Of a stretch of 64,000 bases of DNA, positions 17,589 to 29,416 are shown piece after piece. Source of the DNA: Paramoeba atlantica (Eukaryota > Protista > Discosea); contig CDRNVI010000029.1 of the NCBI GenBank assembly GCA_977017575.1, positions 1-64,000 of the forward strand, read 5' to 3'. The position numbers were made by a program, and so were the translations under genes. Position 1 is the stretch's first letter, and each line of letters starts with the position of its first letter. The notes beneath the pieces were generated by a model, which searched no databases, was not told the DNA's origin, and was given only the letters and a program-made list of their open reading frames with translations.

Positions 17589-18172
17589 TGTACCTTGTTG
17601 ATTCATTTTAATTTTCTATTTTTCTACGCTTATGACACGCCTTTCTCGTACGTCTTCTCGTTTAGATTCCGAAAACACGCGGAAAAAGGGCAGCAGAACA
17701 ACAGTGAACAACGGGAAGTCTCACGGGAGAGTTGAAAAACAACGTACTCAACGAGATCAAAGCAAGACGAACGGAATAAAGGTAGCAGAAGAATCAGGAT
17801 CGCACACGGAGACACCAGTGAAGGTGAAGAAGACTCCAAAGATCAAGATAATAGGTTCCAAAACACTAGCCCCGAATTGGGCGGACCATGAGCCTCCGTG
17901 TGAAATCACATCGCGGAATCTAATCAAAATCAAAGCCAAGAACTTCCGCATCGGATCTACGAGTCAATCACACGAGAACATAGCCCATGACGAAAACCAT
18001 ATCCAAGAGGACCCAGCCAAAGAAATGTCCGAAACAGAAAGCGAGACCAGTGATACAATGTGTCTGGACGACGATGGATCGACGCAAGATCGAGTACAGG
18101 AGCTAATGACACAGGTCGGCAACAAATCGCCCGACCAAGTGTACAACATCGTTTCCAAGTGGGGCAAGGGTA
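17584..18172 (+). pseudogene. Fragment E2: SL remnant, 5' UTR and N-terminus of a family-E-like ORF (from 17632)
   Basis: GTTTCTGTACCTTGTTG at 17584-17600; KSPDQVYNIVSKWGKGT resembles family E KAPDHINTIIHEWGKGT. Confidence 0.78.
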
Positions 18173-18246
18173 CTTTTTTTTTTTGTCTTAACAAAAGAAG
18201 GGGTCTTAACAAAAGAAAGTTTTTTTTTTTTTTTTTTTTTTTTTTT

Positions 18247-18353
18247 GCAAATAATTGGGGGGAATAGTATTGGGTCTAACTTTTTATGTATGGAGTCCAA
18301 CTTTTCCACAATTTCCACACTTACGGCCCTTCACTATGTTGGTACGACGGGCG

Positions 18354-18388
<35 letters not shown>

Positions 18389-18638
18389 ACTTTCCTACTT
18401 ACTTTACTTCGCCCTTATCAACTTCGCCCGCTTCTCTCCCTTATCTCCACCCCTCAAAGAAACCATCCGCGACTTTCCGACTTCACCCGCTTCTTTCCCT
18501 CACTTCCCCCCCCCCGAGCATCCATCCGCGCCTTCCAAACTTTGCCCTCCTCTTTCCCTCACTTCCCCCCAGAAATCAATCCGCGCGTGCTCCACCCCTT
18601 CTTCCAGCAGTGCGCGCTTCGGACCGGGTCTCTCGACC
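18247..18638 (-). mobile_element. 3'-end-only fragment I (variant of the structured RNA end, purine-rich UTR, C6 terminal motif)
   Basis: Minus strand GGTCGAGAGACCCGGTCCGAAGCGCGC ... CCCCCCAATTATTTGC-An. Confidence 0.75.
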
Positions 18639-18654
18639 TCTCTTTTTTTTTTTT

Positions 18655-20744
18655 GCAGTTAATAAGGGGGGAGAAGTATGAATCGCGGCATTGCCTCTAT
18701 ATTTTGACCCAGTATACGAACCAAGTACATAGTAGGTCCATTGGGGGGGTATACGAATTTAAAACAAGCAATCAAATTAGCAAATCTTTTTATTTCCACA
18801 GAAGTATATTTTCTTTTTCTTTTTTCTCAGCCCAAAACTAGCAATTCAATCTCCCCTAGGTATATACGACAAACAAGACACAGTAAAAATAAAAACAAGC
18901 AATGCAGGCCCAATCCATTCGCGCGTTCCGGACCGGGTCTTTCGACCACTCCACGGCCTGACTTGTGAACCCGTCCCTTGCTATATGGGAGGGCGCAGGC
19001 GCGGGCCTGTGTCGACAGCGACACGGTCGCGAAACAGGATGCTGGCCGACGGGGAGGAGATTCACTGCCCGTGTACTACCTCACTTGGGGTACCTAGCCC
19101 TCGCGGGCTAGGCGTGAGCATAGACTCTGTCGACCCGACCAGCACCCGTCCTGGATACCATGGCGTCTTCGTGCTGAAATAGGACTGTCAGTAGAGGCTT
19201 AAGCCTCTACCAAAGGATCCGCTGGGTCCTCTACGCGGATGCGCGAAACCATCATCCTGGCTTGAGAACGCATTAGCGTCACGTTCAGATCTGTTAGGAG
19301 ATCGTTTCGCGCTTGGTCTCGTGAAAGGAGCCCTTTGGATGCATTCGCCCGTTGGGTTCCGATGTCCCGGAGTAACGCTAGCGCACTCTCGCTCCAGGAA
19401 CCAAAGGATTCCACCACCATCGCTGTGAAGAGGTGTCCTGCTTTTTCTGCTTCTTGTCGCTGTCGCGCCTTGGTCTCCGCGAAGTGCTCGGCAAAAGACC
19501 CCGGGGTCACCCAGCTAGCATTGTGGACTGAGTCCAAATACTTTGTTTGCTGTGCGTGAGTGACCGCAAAATCTAGGACCATGCCTTGCGCTAAAGATCC
19601 TTTGGCGATGGAGGCAGTTGGCAGAAATACGTCTGCTGGTCTCGTGAGAGCCCCCCCAGGACCCCGATTTCCCAAACTCTTCTCTCTCTGTGGCGCCAGG
19701 AAGGCTCTGCTGCAGAACGATGTAAATTGTTGGGCCAGAGCGTTGTGCCGTGAGATGATACCATGGCCGTTCTTGCAGAGCAAAGCGTGCTCTCCATTCT
19801 TGAGCAAGGGAAGGGTGCACCCGTCAGCTGGGCAAGGCCGATCTTCGGGGAAGACGTCCATGCCTAGCCACCAGCGTGTTAGGGTACGAAACTCCGTGTG
19901 GGTGAAAGCGTAGCCTCTGGTCTTGGAGGGAGTTGCGAAAGCCCAGTTTCCGGCCCCTTTTCCGGACTGCGAGATCCATCGCGCCCGCGTTCTTGCGTCT
20001 GCCTTTGAATATGCCGTTTGAAATTCCCTATCCGAGATAGCTTGGCTGAGATGTTTTTGCCTCGGGATGATCTTTTCCTGATCCGTCGAGACCGGGAGAA
20101 GGGCGTGATTGAGGGATTGTGCGAGTTTTCTTTTCGCTGGGCGGGAAAGGATGCTCCGATTTGCATGATATTCACCAGGCACACTAGGTTTGGTAATGCG
20201 TCCAGTGTATGGATCAACCAGATCAGTCCCAACTTTGTCATTTATGTCATGTGCTGAGCTGGAAAATCCCTCAGCTTCTGTGGGGTCCCAGTTGTCCAAG
20301 CTAGCGGCGTGCGCGACGGAAGAAACGTAGGCTGCTGACTGGTGGAGAATTGATGAGCGAAGTCCGAACCCGCCGTGGCGTTTTGGTCGTTGTATTTGGT
20401 CGCGAGCGGCGACGCCTAAGGGAGAAATTGCGTGCTCCACGGCCTGGACTAGATGAGAGTCAAGTTTTTGGCATAATTCTCCAAGGGCTTGGGGAGGAGT
20501 GGTACGCAGTGCGTACACCATCTGACAAAACCCCGAACATTGCCGTATTAGTGCGAGAGCTATTTGGGGATCTTCTAACACAGCAGTAGCTTCTAATGTT
20601 TCGCGGGCTGGTTCAATCGCGTGTGTCATGAGAAACTCCGCACAGTGTTCCGCAGAGCCTATTGGGCTTCCAAGAATGTCGAAGTTCCCGTCGTACCGTA
20701 TTTTATCACTGGGGATGTCAGGAAAGAAAACGGAGGTATGAGCT

Positions 20745-20747
<3 letters not shown>
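18655..20747 (-). mobile_element. 5'-truncated family A copy 2 (ORF part 19199-20744; structured RNA 18915-19153)
   Basis: Near-identical to the A1 C-terminal half; capped by a T run at 20748-20775, no SL. Confidence 0.92.
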
Positions 20748-20775
<28 letters not shown>

Positions 20776-23700
20776 GCAATTAATAGGGGGGAAGAGTATG
20801 AGTTCTAACTTTCTATGAATGTACGGTATCAGTTTTTTTTTTTTTTTTTTCAAATTTATCTCTATAAATCAATCTACAACAAATCACTCTATTTGACGAA
20901 ACCAAACTAAAGAAAAGAAAAAGAAAAGAAAAATGCATCACCCTCTAATTCAGGAGCAGAGGTGGATCCGGGTCATCTTCTGCCATCCGCGCCACCATCA
21001 TACGAGCCTGAGCTCGCATTAAAGTGACATTCAAGTCACGGATGAGATTTGCCGTCGCCGTTCCCCTGTCCATCGTCCCTTGGGACGTAGCAGAGCGCCA
21101 CGCTCCAACCTTCTTAAGCACAGCGAGGGCGCTGTCGGACCACGAGCCATAGGAGCCTACGACCATGGCCGCGAAGTCGTGCCCAGCAGTCTCGGCGTCC
21201 CGTCGCTGCACCTGCTTATGGCTTGTGGCATAGCTCTCGGCGAATGATCCCGCCGTCACCCCGTTAGCGTTACGGACGAGGTCCGCGTATTTGGGTTGCT
21301 GAACGTGGGTAACGGCGAAATCAAGCACCAGAGACTTGCCTAAGCCAATGCTGGGCAAAACGACATCACCAGGCCTCGTGGGCGCTCCAGCGGGACCGCG
21401 ATTGCCAAGACTTACCTCCCGTTGGGGGGCGAGGTGCGCCTTACTGCAGAAATCGACAAATTGACACGCCAACGCGTTGTGGCGCGTCATGATGCCATGT
21501 CCACACTTACAGGACACGGCATGGTCGCCTTTTGGTCCCAACGGTTGCTGACACCTCCCCATAGGACAGGGCCGCGTTCCGGGGTAAATGTCTGCTCCCA
21601 ACCACCAGCGGGACAAGGCGCGAAACTCAGTAGGAGTGTAAGAGTATCCTCTCTCCTTGGAGGGAATAACGAATGCCCAACTCGCGGCCCCTCTCCCAGT
21701 TTGCGAAATCAAACGTGCGCGTGTGTTGAAGTCTGCTGCCTCATATGCTGAAGAAAATTCCCGGTCGCCTATCTCGCGACAAAGGTGTTTCTGTCGCGGG
21801 ATAATCAGCTTTTCATTCATCCCGGCATCTAGGCTGTGATCATGGTGTGCATTGAGAGGGTTGGTTGATGCGTTATAATCTTTGTGGATTAGTGCCTCCT
21901 GTATTTTGCCGGTTGTCGAATCCACCAAAGTCTTTCCCGCCTGGCGGTTAACACGCTCCACTGCCTCGGAAAACCATTTCGCCTCGGACGGTGCCCAGTC
22001 ATCTTGAGAACCCGCAAAGGCTGCTGAAGAGACATAAGCTGCAGATGAATGTATAACGGAGGATCTTAGGCCAAAACCACCGTGTCTCTTGTCGCGTTGG
22101 ATTTGTGCTCGTGCCGGGGCGTCTAGAGGACAGAGTATAAGCTCCGTAGCGCGGAGCACGGCGTTATCAAGCCTCTGACAGAGGTCTACCATGTATTTTG
22201 GTGGCGTTGTGCGGAGGGAGTAGACTAATTGGCAAAAGCCAGCGCAGTGGCGAATTAGCGTGAGGGCTACCTGTGGGTCTTCTAGTATGCCTATCGCCTT
22301 TAGAGTTGCTTCCGCAGGTTCGATCGCAAACTCACGTAGGTATTCAATACAGAACTCTTCTGACCCTACTGGGCTACCCAAAATGCTAAAGTTTCCTTCG
22401 TGATTTTTCATTCTGGCTGGGATGGTAGTGAATGAGTCCGTGCAACGCGAGGATACCGGATGAGATATTATCTCGCATTTACTCGCATTAAGATGGAGCC
22501 CCCACTGAGGTCCCGCACATGCTATAGCATCCAACGCCCTCCGTACGCTGTCGGATTTTCCGGCTAAAACACCGTCATCGAGATACCAAAGGTGCAAGAG
22601 GAGTCCGCTGGGCACTTCATTCTCGATCAGTTCAGTAATCTCTCGCAGAACCATGGAGAAAAGGAGGGGCCCTAAAGGGTCCCCCTGTTGAACTCCTTCG
22701 GTGGAGGCAACTGTTTGAGAACCATATGTGAGTGCGCTATCGGTGGAGTAGCACCAATTTATCCAAGGAGTCAACTCGGGGAAGTGCTTTTCTGATAGAG
22801 ATATGAACGCCGCCCTGGAAACCGTATTGAATGCGTTACGAAGGTCCACCTTGCATAAGACAAACTCTGGGTCATTCTTTGTGGACTCCACCACTTGGCG
22901 GCAGAGGTGGATAACCCTTTCGGAGCCAGATGCCGTTGCCACACCATATTGACGTCCTTGGAAAAGTGTGCTAGCTTTGGACTTTACAACAGAGCAGGCA
23001 GCCTTGCTGACCATGCGGCGCAACGTTTCCCCTGCTGCGATAGGTCTTACATCATTTTGCCCTTTCTGCAATGCACACAATCGAGCCCCTGCGTAATATT
23101 GTTGTGCTTCAACTGGAGCCTTACCGGCGAGTAGGTGATTGGCAAGCTTTGTGAGACTCTCGAGGGGATGAACATCCGTGTCAGTTCCAGCGAATAATGC
23201 CGCTTGTATGTGTTCCGCTCGTAGCGCCATGGTTCCACCTGAGGAGCCCCTGTTAAAGCTTTGGATCGCCTTTCGTACATCATCCTCATTGACAGTCAAG
23301 GAAATGATTTCGTTGGAGGACGGTGCGCTTTGGCGTAGTGGACCGAACAGCCGGCTCGGGTGCTTGGTGACTAGTTTGTTATATGTCTCCTCATTGTCGG
23401 GTGCCATTGGCGCCGAAGTGAGTGCAGCTATTCCTCGAGAAACTTCTCCTTGACGGACCAGTAGTTCGGAGCGAATCGCTTTCTTTTCCTCATCCAGTAG
23501 TGTACCTGCTCCGGATCCTTGCTTCCTCTTCTTCTGGTGTTCAAGTACAGCTTCTTTCCACAGGGCTGAATATTCGTGTGCTTCCCAGCGATCCAGACAT
23601 TTCCGCACGTGGGAGGCGTACGAGCTATTTCCCTTTCGTCCTCTTCTATGCGGGGCTGGAAGGACACATTTCGGAAGCATCGCTAGTCGTGTCCATGCAG

Positions 23701-25084
23701 CGACGGTGTTCTCCCTCTCGGCTGTTGCGACGGTGGCTGTTAGGACCGTAGCCCACTGGCGTCGGCATCGGAAAGGAACGTCTTTGGACGTGGTCATAGG
23801 TGTTGTACAGACCGCTCTTAGGCTAGGGAAACATGGTGGGTCTATAGTGGGCGGTAAGCTAGATTCCTCTGGCGTCTCTGAAGGGTACGCGGGGTCAGGA
23901 AGATCTGTTGTTGGTGATGGCTGTGTGGGAGGTGGGTCCGCCCCGTAGCATTGAATTGAATGGGCTTCCTTCTTGGTCAACACAAAATGTTTGTTGCACA
24001 CCGTGCAAAGAAATCTGCCTTCACGTGCCCACCACTCTAGCGGTATGCCTTCGGCGTGTCGGGAGGCCACATGATTATAAAAAGCTTGCCATTTGCCGCC
24101 GTGGGATTGTGCGGACCACGCACATCCGTCTGCCGGACAGTACCGACGTTCCGGGAGGGGCGGGTCCCCCGCAGAATGAAGAGGTGGCACGACAGCTTCC
24201 GTTGCAGGACCAGCTAGAGTCACAGCGCGGTGAGGGTCGCATAGTACGGTCTCCTGAGTTGAGTCAGTCTCGTCGGTTGGGGATACAGGAATCAATAACT
24301 CAAAGCTAGGAGGATTGCTCAAGGTAACAGAGAACGTGGTGGGGGGGGCAGGTTGCGGTGAGACACAATTTCGTTTACGTGTGCAGAGGTTTAGCGTCAC
24401 AGGGGGGTCATGACCTGGTGCGGCAACGTCCTTGGAACGAAGTGAAAGCAGACCACGCGTTTTCAATATAATGCTCCCGACCAGGCATGCGACTGTCCAA
24501 GTCACCGTGCATCCTAGGGCGAGGACGTTCCCTACAATAACGCTAGTGTACTTAAGTATGAAGAAGACGATCGTCACCAGTACGTATGCAAACTGTATGT
24601 ATGTGATGGGAACTGTCAATAGGCGCCTCCACTGCGCCGTGCGGGCTGGGGCGTGTGCACGCTTACAGCACTGGTGTCTGCACGTCGACTTTACCTTGCA
24701 GCTGTGGTGGCACGGTTTCGTGGACAGATTTTCCTGCGTCGCGTGTGGCCGCGTGAATTCCGTACCAGTGTTGAGATCGCGCTTGCAACAACTGTGTTTG
24801 CATGTCAGTTTGTTTTTACATATGTGTTTGCAAGGATTAGTGGAATCTTCGCGAGGGAGATCAGAAATTTTTACCGGTGAATCCGTCGGAGAAGTTTTTG
24901 CGTCGTGGGGATTTGGAAGCAAGGAATCCTTCAGGGGGCGGTTCTTATGTCCGCGGCACAAAGGTAAGGGTGGTGTTTCAATGTGTTGGCCCGAGCGTAT
25001 GGCTACGGAGCGAGTCAACGCGACCATTTGGAGAGGATTAGTAAATAAATCAACAAGGTACAGAAACTGTATCTTTATCGTTAA

Positions 25085-25087
<3 letters not shown>
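20776..25087 (-). mobile_element. Full-length family D copy 1 (SL at 25051-25087)
   Basis: SL, 23-nt 5' UTR, ORF, ~170-nt 3' UTR, poly(A). Confidence 0.93.
20945..25027 (-). CDS. Family D polyprotein, 1360 aa: 2x CxHxCx5CxHxCC motif, hydrophobic segment, Zn fingers, RT, RLE
   Basis: CPADGC...HVASRH; QQGDPLGP; WYLDDG; HAVSC...RHN; RPGDV; LDFAV. Confidence 0.95.
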   Translation of the reverse strand: MVALTRSVAIRSGQHIETPPLPLCRGHKNRPLKDSLLPNPHDAKTSPTDSPVKISDLPREDSTNPCKHICKNKLTCKHSCCKRDLNTGTEFTRPHATQENLSTKPCHHSCKVKSTCRHQCCKRAHAPARTAQWRRLLTVPITYIQFAYVLVTIVFFILKYTSVIVGNVLALGCTVTWTVACLVGSIILKTRGLLSLRSKDVAAPGHDPPVTLNLCTRKRNCVSPQPAPPTTFSVTLSNPPSFELLIPVSPTDETDSTQETVLCDPHRAVTLAGPATEAVVPPLHSAGDPPLPERRYCPADGCAWSAQSHGGKWQAFYNHVASRHAEGIPLEWWAREGRFLCTVCNKHFVLTKKEAHSIQCYGADPPPTQPSPTTDLPDPAYPSETPEESSLPPTIDPPCFPSLRAVCTTPMTTSKDVPFRCRRQWATVLTATVATAERENTVAAWTRLAMLPKCVLPAPHRRGRKGNSSYASHVRKCLDRWEAHEYSALWKEAVLEHQKKRKQGSGAGTLLDEEKKAIRSELLVRQGEVSRGIAALTSAPMAPDNEETYNKLVTKHPSRLFGPLRQSAPSSNEIISLTVNEDDVRKAIQSFNRGSSGGTMALRAEHIQAALFAGTDTDVHPLESLTKLANHLLAGKAPVEAQQYYAGARLCALQKGQNDVRPIAAGETLRRMVSKAACSVVKSKASTLFQGRQYGVATASGSERVIHLCRQVVESTKNDPEFVLCKVDLRNAFNTVSRAAFISLSEKHFPELTPWINWCYSTDSALTYGSQTVASTEGVQQGDPLGPLLFSMVLREITELIENEVPSGLLLHLWYLDDGVLAGKSDSVRRALDAIACAGPQWGLHLNASKCEIISHPVSSRCTDSFTTIPARMKNHEGNFSILGSPVGSEEFCIEYLREFAIEPAEATLKAIGILEDPQVALTLIRHCAGFCQLVYSLRTTPPKYMVDLCQRLDNAVLRATELILCPLDAPARAQIQRDKRHGGFGLRSSVIHSSAAYVSSAAFAGSQDDWAPSEAKWFSEAVERVNRQAGKTLVDSTTGKIQEALIHKDYNASTNPLNAHHDHSLDAGMNEKLIIPRQKHLCREIGDREFSSAYEAADFNTRARLISQTGRGAASWAFVIPSKERGYSYTPTEFRALSRWWLGADIYPGTRPCPMGRCQQPLGPKGDHAVSCKCGHGIMTRHNALACQFVDFCSKAHLAPQREVSLGNRGPAGAPTRPGDVVLPSIGLGKSLVLDFAVTHVQQPKYADLVRNANGVTAGSFAESYATSHKQVQRRDAETAGHDFAAMVVGSYGSWSDSALAVLKKVGAWRSATSQGTMDRGTATANLIRDLNVTLMRAQARMMVARMAEDDPDPPLLLN

Positions 25088-25120
<33 letters not shown>

Positions 25121-25123
<3 letters not shown>

Positions 25124-28100
25124 AGTTCTAACTTTCTATGAATGTACGGTATCAGTTTTTTTTTTTTTTTTTTTCAAATTTATCTCTATAAATCAATCTA
25201 CAACAAATCACTCTATTTGACGAAACCAAACTAAAGAAAAGAAAAAGAAAAGAAAAATGCATCACCCTCTAATTCAGGAGCAGAGGTGGATCCGGGTCAT
25301 CTTCTGCCATCCGCGCCACCATCATACGAGCCTGAGCTCGCATTAAAGTGACATTCAAGTCACGGATGAGATTTGCCGTCGCCGTTCCCCTGTCCATCGT
25401 CCCTTGGGACGTAGCAGAGCGCCACGCTCCAACCTTCTTAAGCACAGCGAGGGCGCTGTCGGACCACGAGCCATAGGAGCCTACGACCATGGCCGCGAAG
25501 TCGTGCCCAGCAGTCTCGGCGTCCCGTCGCTGCACCTGCTTATGGCTTGTGGCATAGCTCTCGGCGAATGATCCCGCCGTCACCCCGTTAGCGTTACGGA
25601 CGAGGTCCGCGTATTTGGGTTGCTGAACGTGGGTAACGGCGAAATCAAGCACCAGAGACTTGCCTAAGCCAATGCTGGGCAAAACGACATCACCAGGCCT
25701 CGTGGGCGCTCCAGCGGGACCGCGATTGCCAAGACTTACCTCCCGTTGGGGGGCGAGGTGCGCCTTACTGCAGAAATCGACAAATTGACACGCCAGCGCG
25801 TTGTGGCGCGTCATGATGCCATGTCCACACTTACAGGACACGGCATGGTCGCCTTTTGGTCCCAACGGTTGCTGACACCTCCCCATAGGACAGGGCCGCG
25901 TTCCGGGGTAAATGTCTGCTCCCAACCACCAGCGGGACAAGGCGCGAAACTCAGTAGGAGTGTAAGAGTATCCTCTCTCCTTGGAGGGAATAACGAATGC
26001 CCAACTCGCGGCCCCTCTCCCAGTTTGCGAAATCAAACGTGCGCGTGTGTTGAAGTCTGCTGCCTCATATGCTGAAGAAAATTCCCGGTCGCCTATCTCG
26101 CGACAAAGGTGTTTCTGTCGCGGGATAATCAGCTTTTCATTCATCCCGGCATCTAGGCTGTGATCATGGTGTGCATTGAGAGGGTTGGTTGATGCGTTAT
26201 AATCTTTGTGGATTAGTGCCTCCTGTATTTTGCCGGTTGTCGAATCCACCAAAGTCTTTCCCGCCTGGCGGTTAACACGCTCCACTGCCTCGGAAAACCA
26301 TTTCGCCTCGGACGGTGCCCAGTCATCTTGAGAACCCGCAAAGGCTGCTGAAGAGACATAAGCTGCAGATGAATGTATAACGGAGGATCTTAGGCCAAAA
26401 CCACCGTGTCTCTTGTCGCGTTGGATTTGTGCTCGTGCCGGGGCGTCTAGAGGACAGAGTATAAGCTCCGTAGCGCGGAGCACGGCGTTATCAAGCCTCT
26501 GACAGAGGTCTACCATGTATTTTGGTGGCGTTGTGCGGAGGGAGTAGACTAATTGGCAAAAGCCAGCGCAGTGGCGAATTAGCGTGAGGGCTACCTGTGG
26601 GTCTTCTAGTATGCCTATCGCCTTTAGAGTTGCTTCCGCAGGTTCGATCGCAAACTCACGTAGGTATTCAATACAGAACTCTTCTGACCCTACTGGGCTA
26701 CCCAAAATGCTAAAGTTTCCTTCGTGATTTTTCATTCTGGCTGGGATGGTAGTGAATGAGTCCGTGCAACGCGAGGATACCGGATGAGATATTATCTCGC
26801 ATTTACTCGCATTAAGATGGAGCCCCCACTGAGGTCCCGCACATGCTATAGCATCCAACGCCCTCCGTACGCTGTCGGATTTTCCGGCTAAAACACCGTC
26901 ATCGAGATACCAAAGGTGCAAGAGGAGTCCGCTGGGCACTTCATTCTCGATCAGTTCAGTAATCTCTCGCAGAACCATGGAGAAAAGGAGGGGCCCTAAA
27001 GGGTCCCCCTGTTGAACTCCTTCGGTGGAGGCAACTGTTTGAGAACCATATGTGAGTGCGCTATCGGTGGAGTAGCACCAATTTATCCAAGGAGTCAACT
27101 CGGGGAAGTGCTTTTCTGATAGAGATATGAACGCCGCCCTGGAAACCGTATTGAATGCGTTACGAAGGTCCACCTTGCATAAGACAAACTCTGGGTCATT
27201 CTTTGTGGACTCCACCACTTGGCGGCAGAGGTGGATAACCCTTTCGGAGCCAGATGCCGTTGCCACACCATATTGACGTCCTTGGAAAAGTGTGCTAGCT
27301 TTGGACTTTACAACAGAGCAGGCAGCCTTGCTGACCATGCGGCGCAACGTTTCCCCTGCTGCGATAGGTCTTACATCATTTTGCCCTTTCTGCAATGCAC
27401 ACAATCGAGCCCCTGCGTAATATTGTTGTGCTTCAACTGGAGCCTTACCGGCGAGTAGGTGATTGGCAAGCTTTGTGAGACTCTCGAGGGGATGAACATC
27501 CGTGTCAGTTCCAGCGAATAATGCCGCTTGTATGTGTTCCGCTCGTAGCGCCATGGTTCCACCTGAGGAGCCCCTGTTAAAGCTTTGGATCGCCTTTCGT
27601 ACATCATCCTCATTGACAGTCAAGGAAATGATTTCGTTGGAGGACGGTGCGCTTTGGCGTAGTGGACCGAACAGCCGGCTCGGGTGCTTGGTGACTAGTT
27701 TGTTATATGTCTCCTCATTGTCGGGTGCCATTGGCGCCGAAGTGAGTGCAGCTATTCCTCGAGAAACTTCTCCTTGACGGACCAGTAGTTCGGAGCGAAT
27801 CGCTTTCTTTTCCTCATCCAGTAGTGTACCTGCTCCGGATCCTTGCTTCCTCTTCTTCTGGTGTTCAAGTACAGCTTCTTTCCACAGGGCTGAATATTCG
27901 TGTGCTTCCCAGCGATCCAGACATTTCCGCACGTGGGAGGCGTACGAGCTATTTCCCTTTCGTCCTCTTCTATGCGGGGCTGGAAGGACACATTTCGGAA
28001 GCATCGCTAGTCGTGTCCATGCAGCGACGGTGTTCTCCCTCTCGGCTGTTGCGACGGTGGCTGTTAGGACCGTAGCCCACTGGCGTCGGCATCGGAAAGG

Positions 28101-29416
28101 AACGTCTTTGGACGTGGTCATAGGTGTTGTACAGACCGCTCTTAGGCTAGGGAAACATGGTGGGTCTATAGTGGGCGGTAAGCTAGATTCCTCTGGCGTC
28201 TCTGAAGGGTAGGCGGGGTCAGGAAGATCTGTTGTTGGTGATGGCTGTGTGGGAGGTGGGTCCGCCCCGTAGCATTGAATTGAATGGGCTTCCTTCTTGG
28301 TCAACACAAAATGTTTGTTGCACACCGTGCAAAGAAATCTGCCTTCACGTGCCCACCACTCTAGCGGTATGCCTTCGGCGTGTCGGGAGGCCACATGATT
28401 ATAAAAAGCTTGCCATTTGCCGCCGTGGGATTGTGCGGACCACGCACATCCGTCTGCCGGACAGTACCGACGTTCCGGGAGGGGCGGGTCCCCCGCAGAA
28501 TGAAGAGGTGGCACGACAGCTTCCGTTGCAGGACCAGCTAGAGTCACAGCGCGGTGAGGGTCGCATAGTACGGTCTCCTGAGTTGAGTCAGTCTCGTCGG
28601 TTGGGGATACAGGAATCAATAACTCAAAGCTAGGAGGATTGCTCAAGGTAACAGAGAACGTGGTGGGGGGGGCAGGTTGCGGTGAGACACAATTTCGTTT
28701 ACGTGTGCAGAGGTTTAGCGTCACAGGGGGGTCATGACCTGGTGCGGCAACGTCCTTGGAACGAAGTGAAAGCAGACCACGCGTTTTCAATATAATGCTC
28801 CCGACCAGGCATGCGACTGTCCAAGTCACCGTGCATCCTAGGGCGAGGACGTTCCCTACAATAACGCTAGTGTACTTAAGTATGAAGAAGACGATCGTCA
28901 CCAGTACGTATGCAAACTGTATGTATGTGATGGGAACTGTCAATAGGCGCCTCCACTGCGCCGTGCGGGCTGGGGCGTGTGCACGCTTACAGCACTGGTG
29001 TCTGCACGTCGACTTTACCTTGCAGCTGTGGTGGCACGGTTTCGTGGACAGATTTTCCTGCGTCGCGTGTGGCCGCGTGAATTCCGTACCAGTGTTGAGA
29101 TCGCGCTTGCAACAACTGTGTTTGCATGTCAGTTTGTTTTTACATATGTGTTTGCAAGGATTAGTGGAATCTTCGCGAGGGAGATCAGAAATTTTTACCG
29201 GTGAATCCGTCGGAGAAGTTTTTGCGTCGTGGGGATTTGGAAGCAAGGAATCCTTCAGGGGGCGGTTCTTATGTCCGCGGCACAAAGGTAAGGGTGGTGT
29301 TTCAATGTGTTGGCCCGAGCGTATGGCTACGGAGCGAGTCAACGCGACCATTTGGAGAGGATTAGTAAATAAATCAACAAGGCAACAAGGTACAGAAACT
29401 GTATCTTTATCGTTAA

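Noticed and set aside
20790-20835. GTATCAGTTT in the family D terminus (plus strand) as an antisense SL
   Set aside because: Short match running into a T tract; the equivalent family B sequence (GTATGACTTT) does not keep it.
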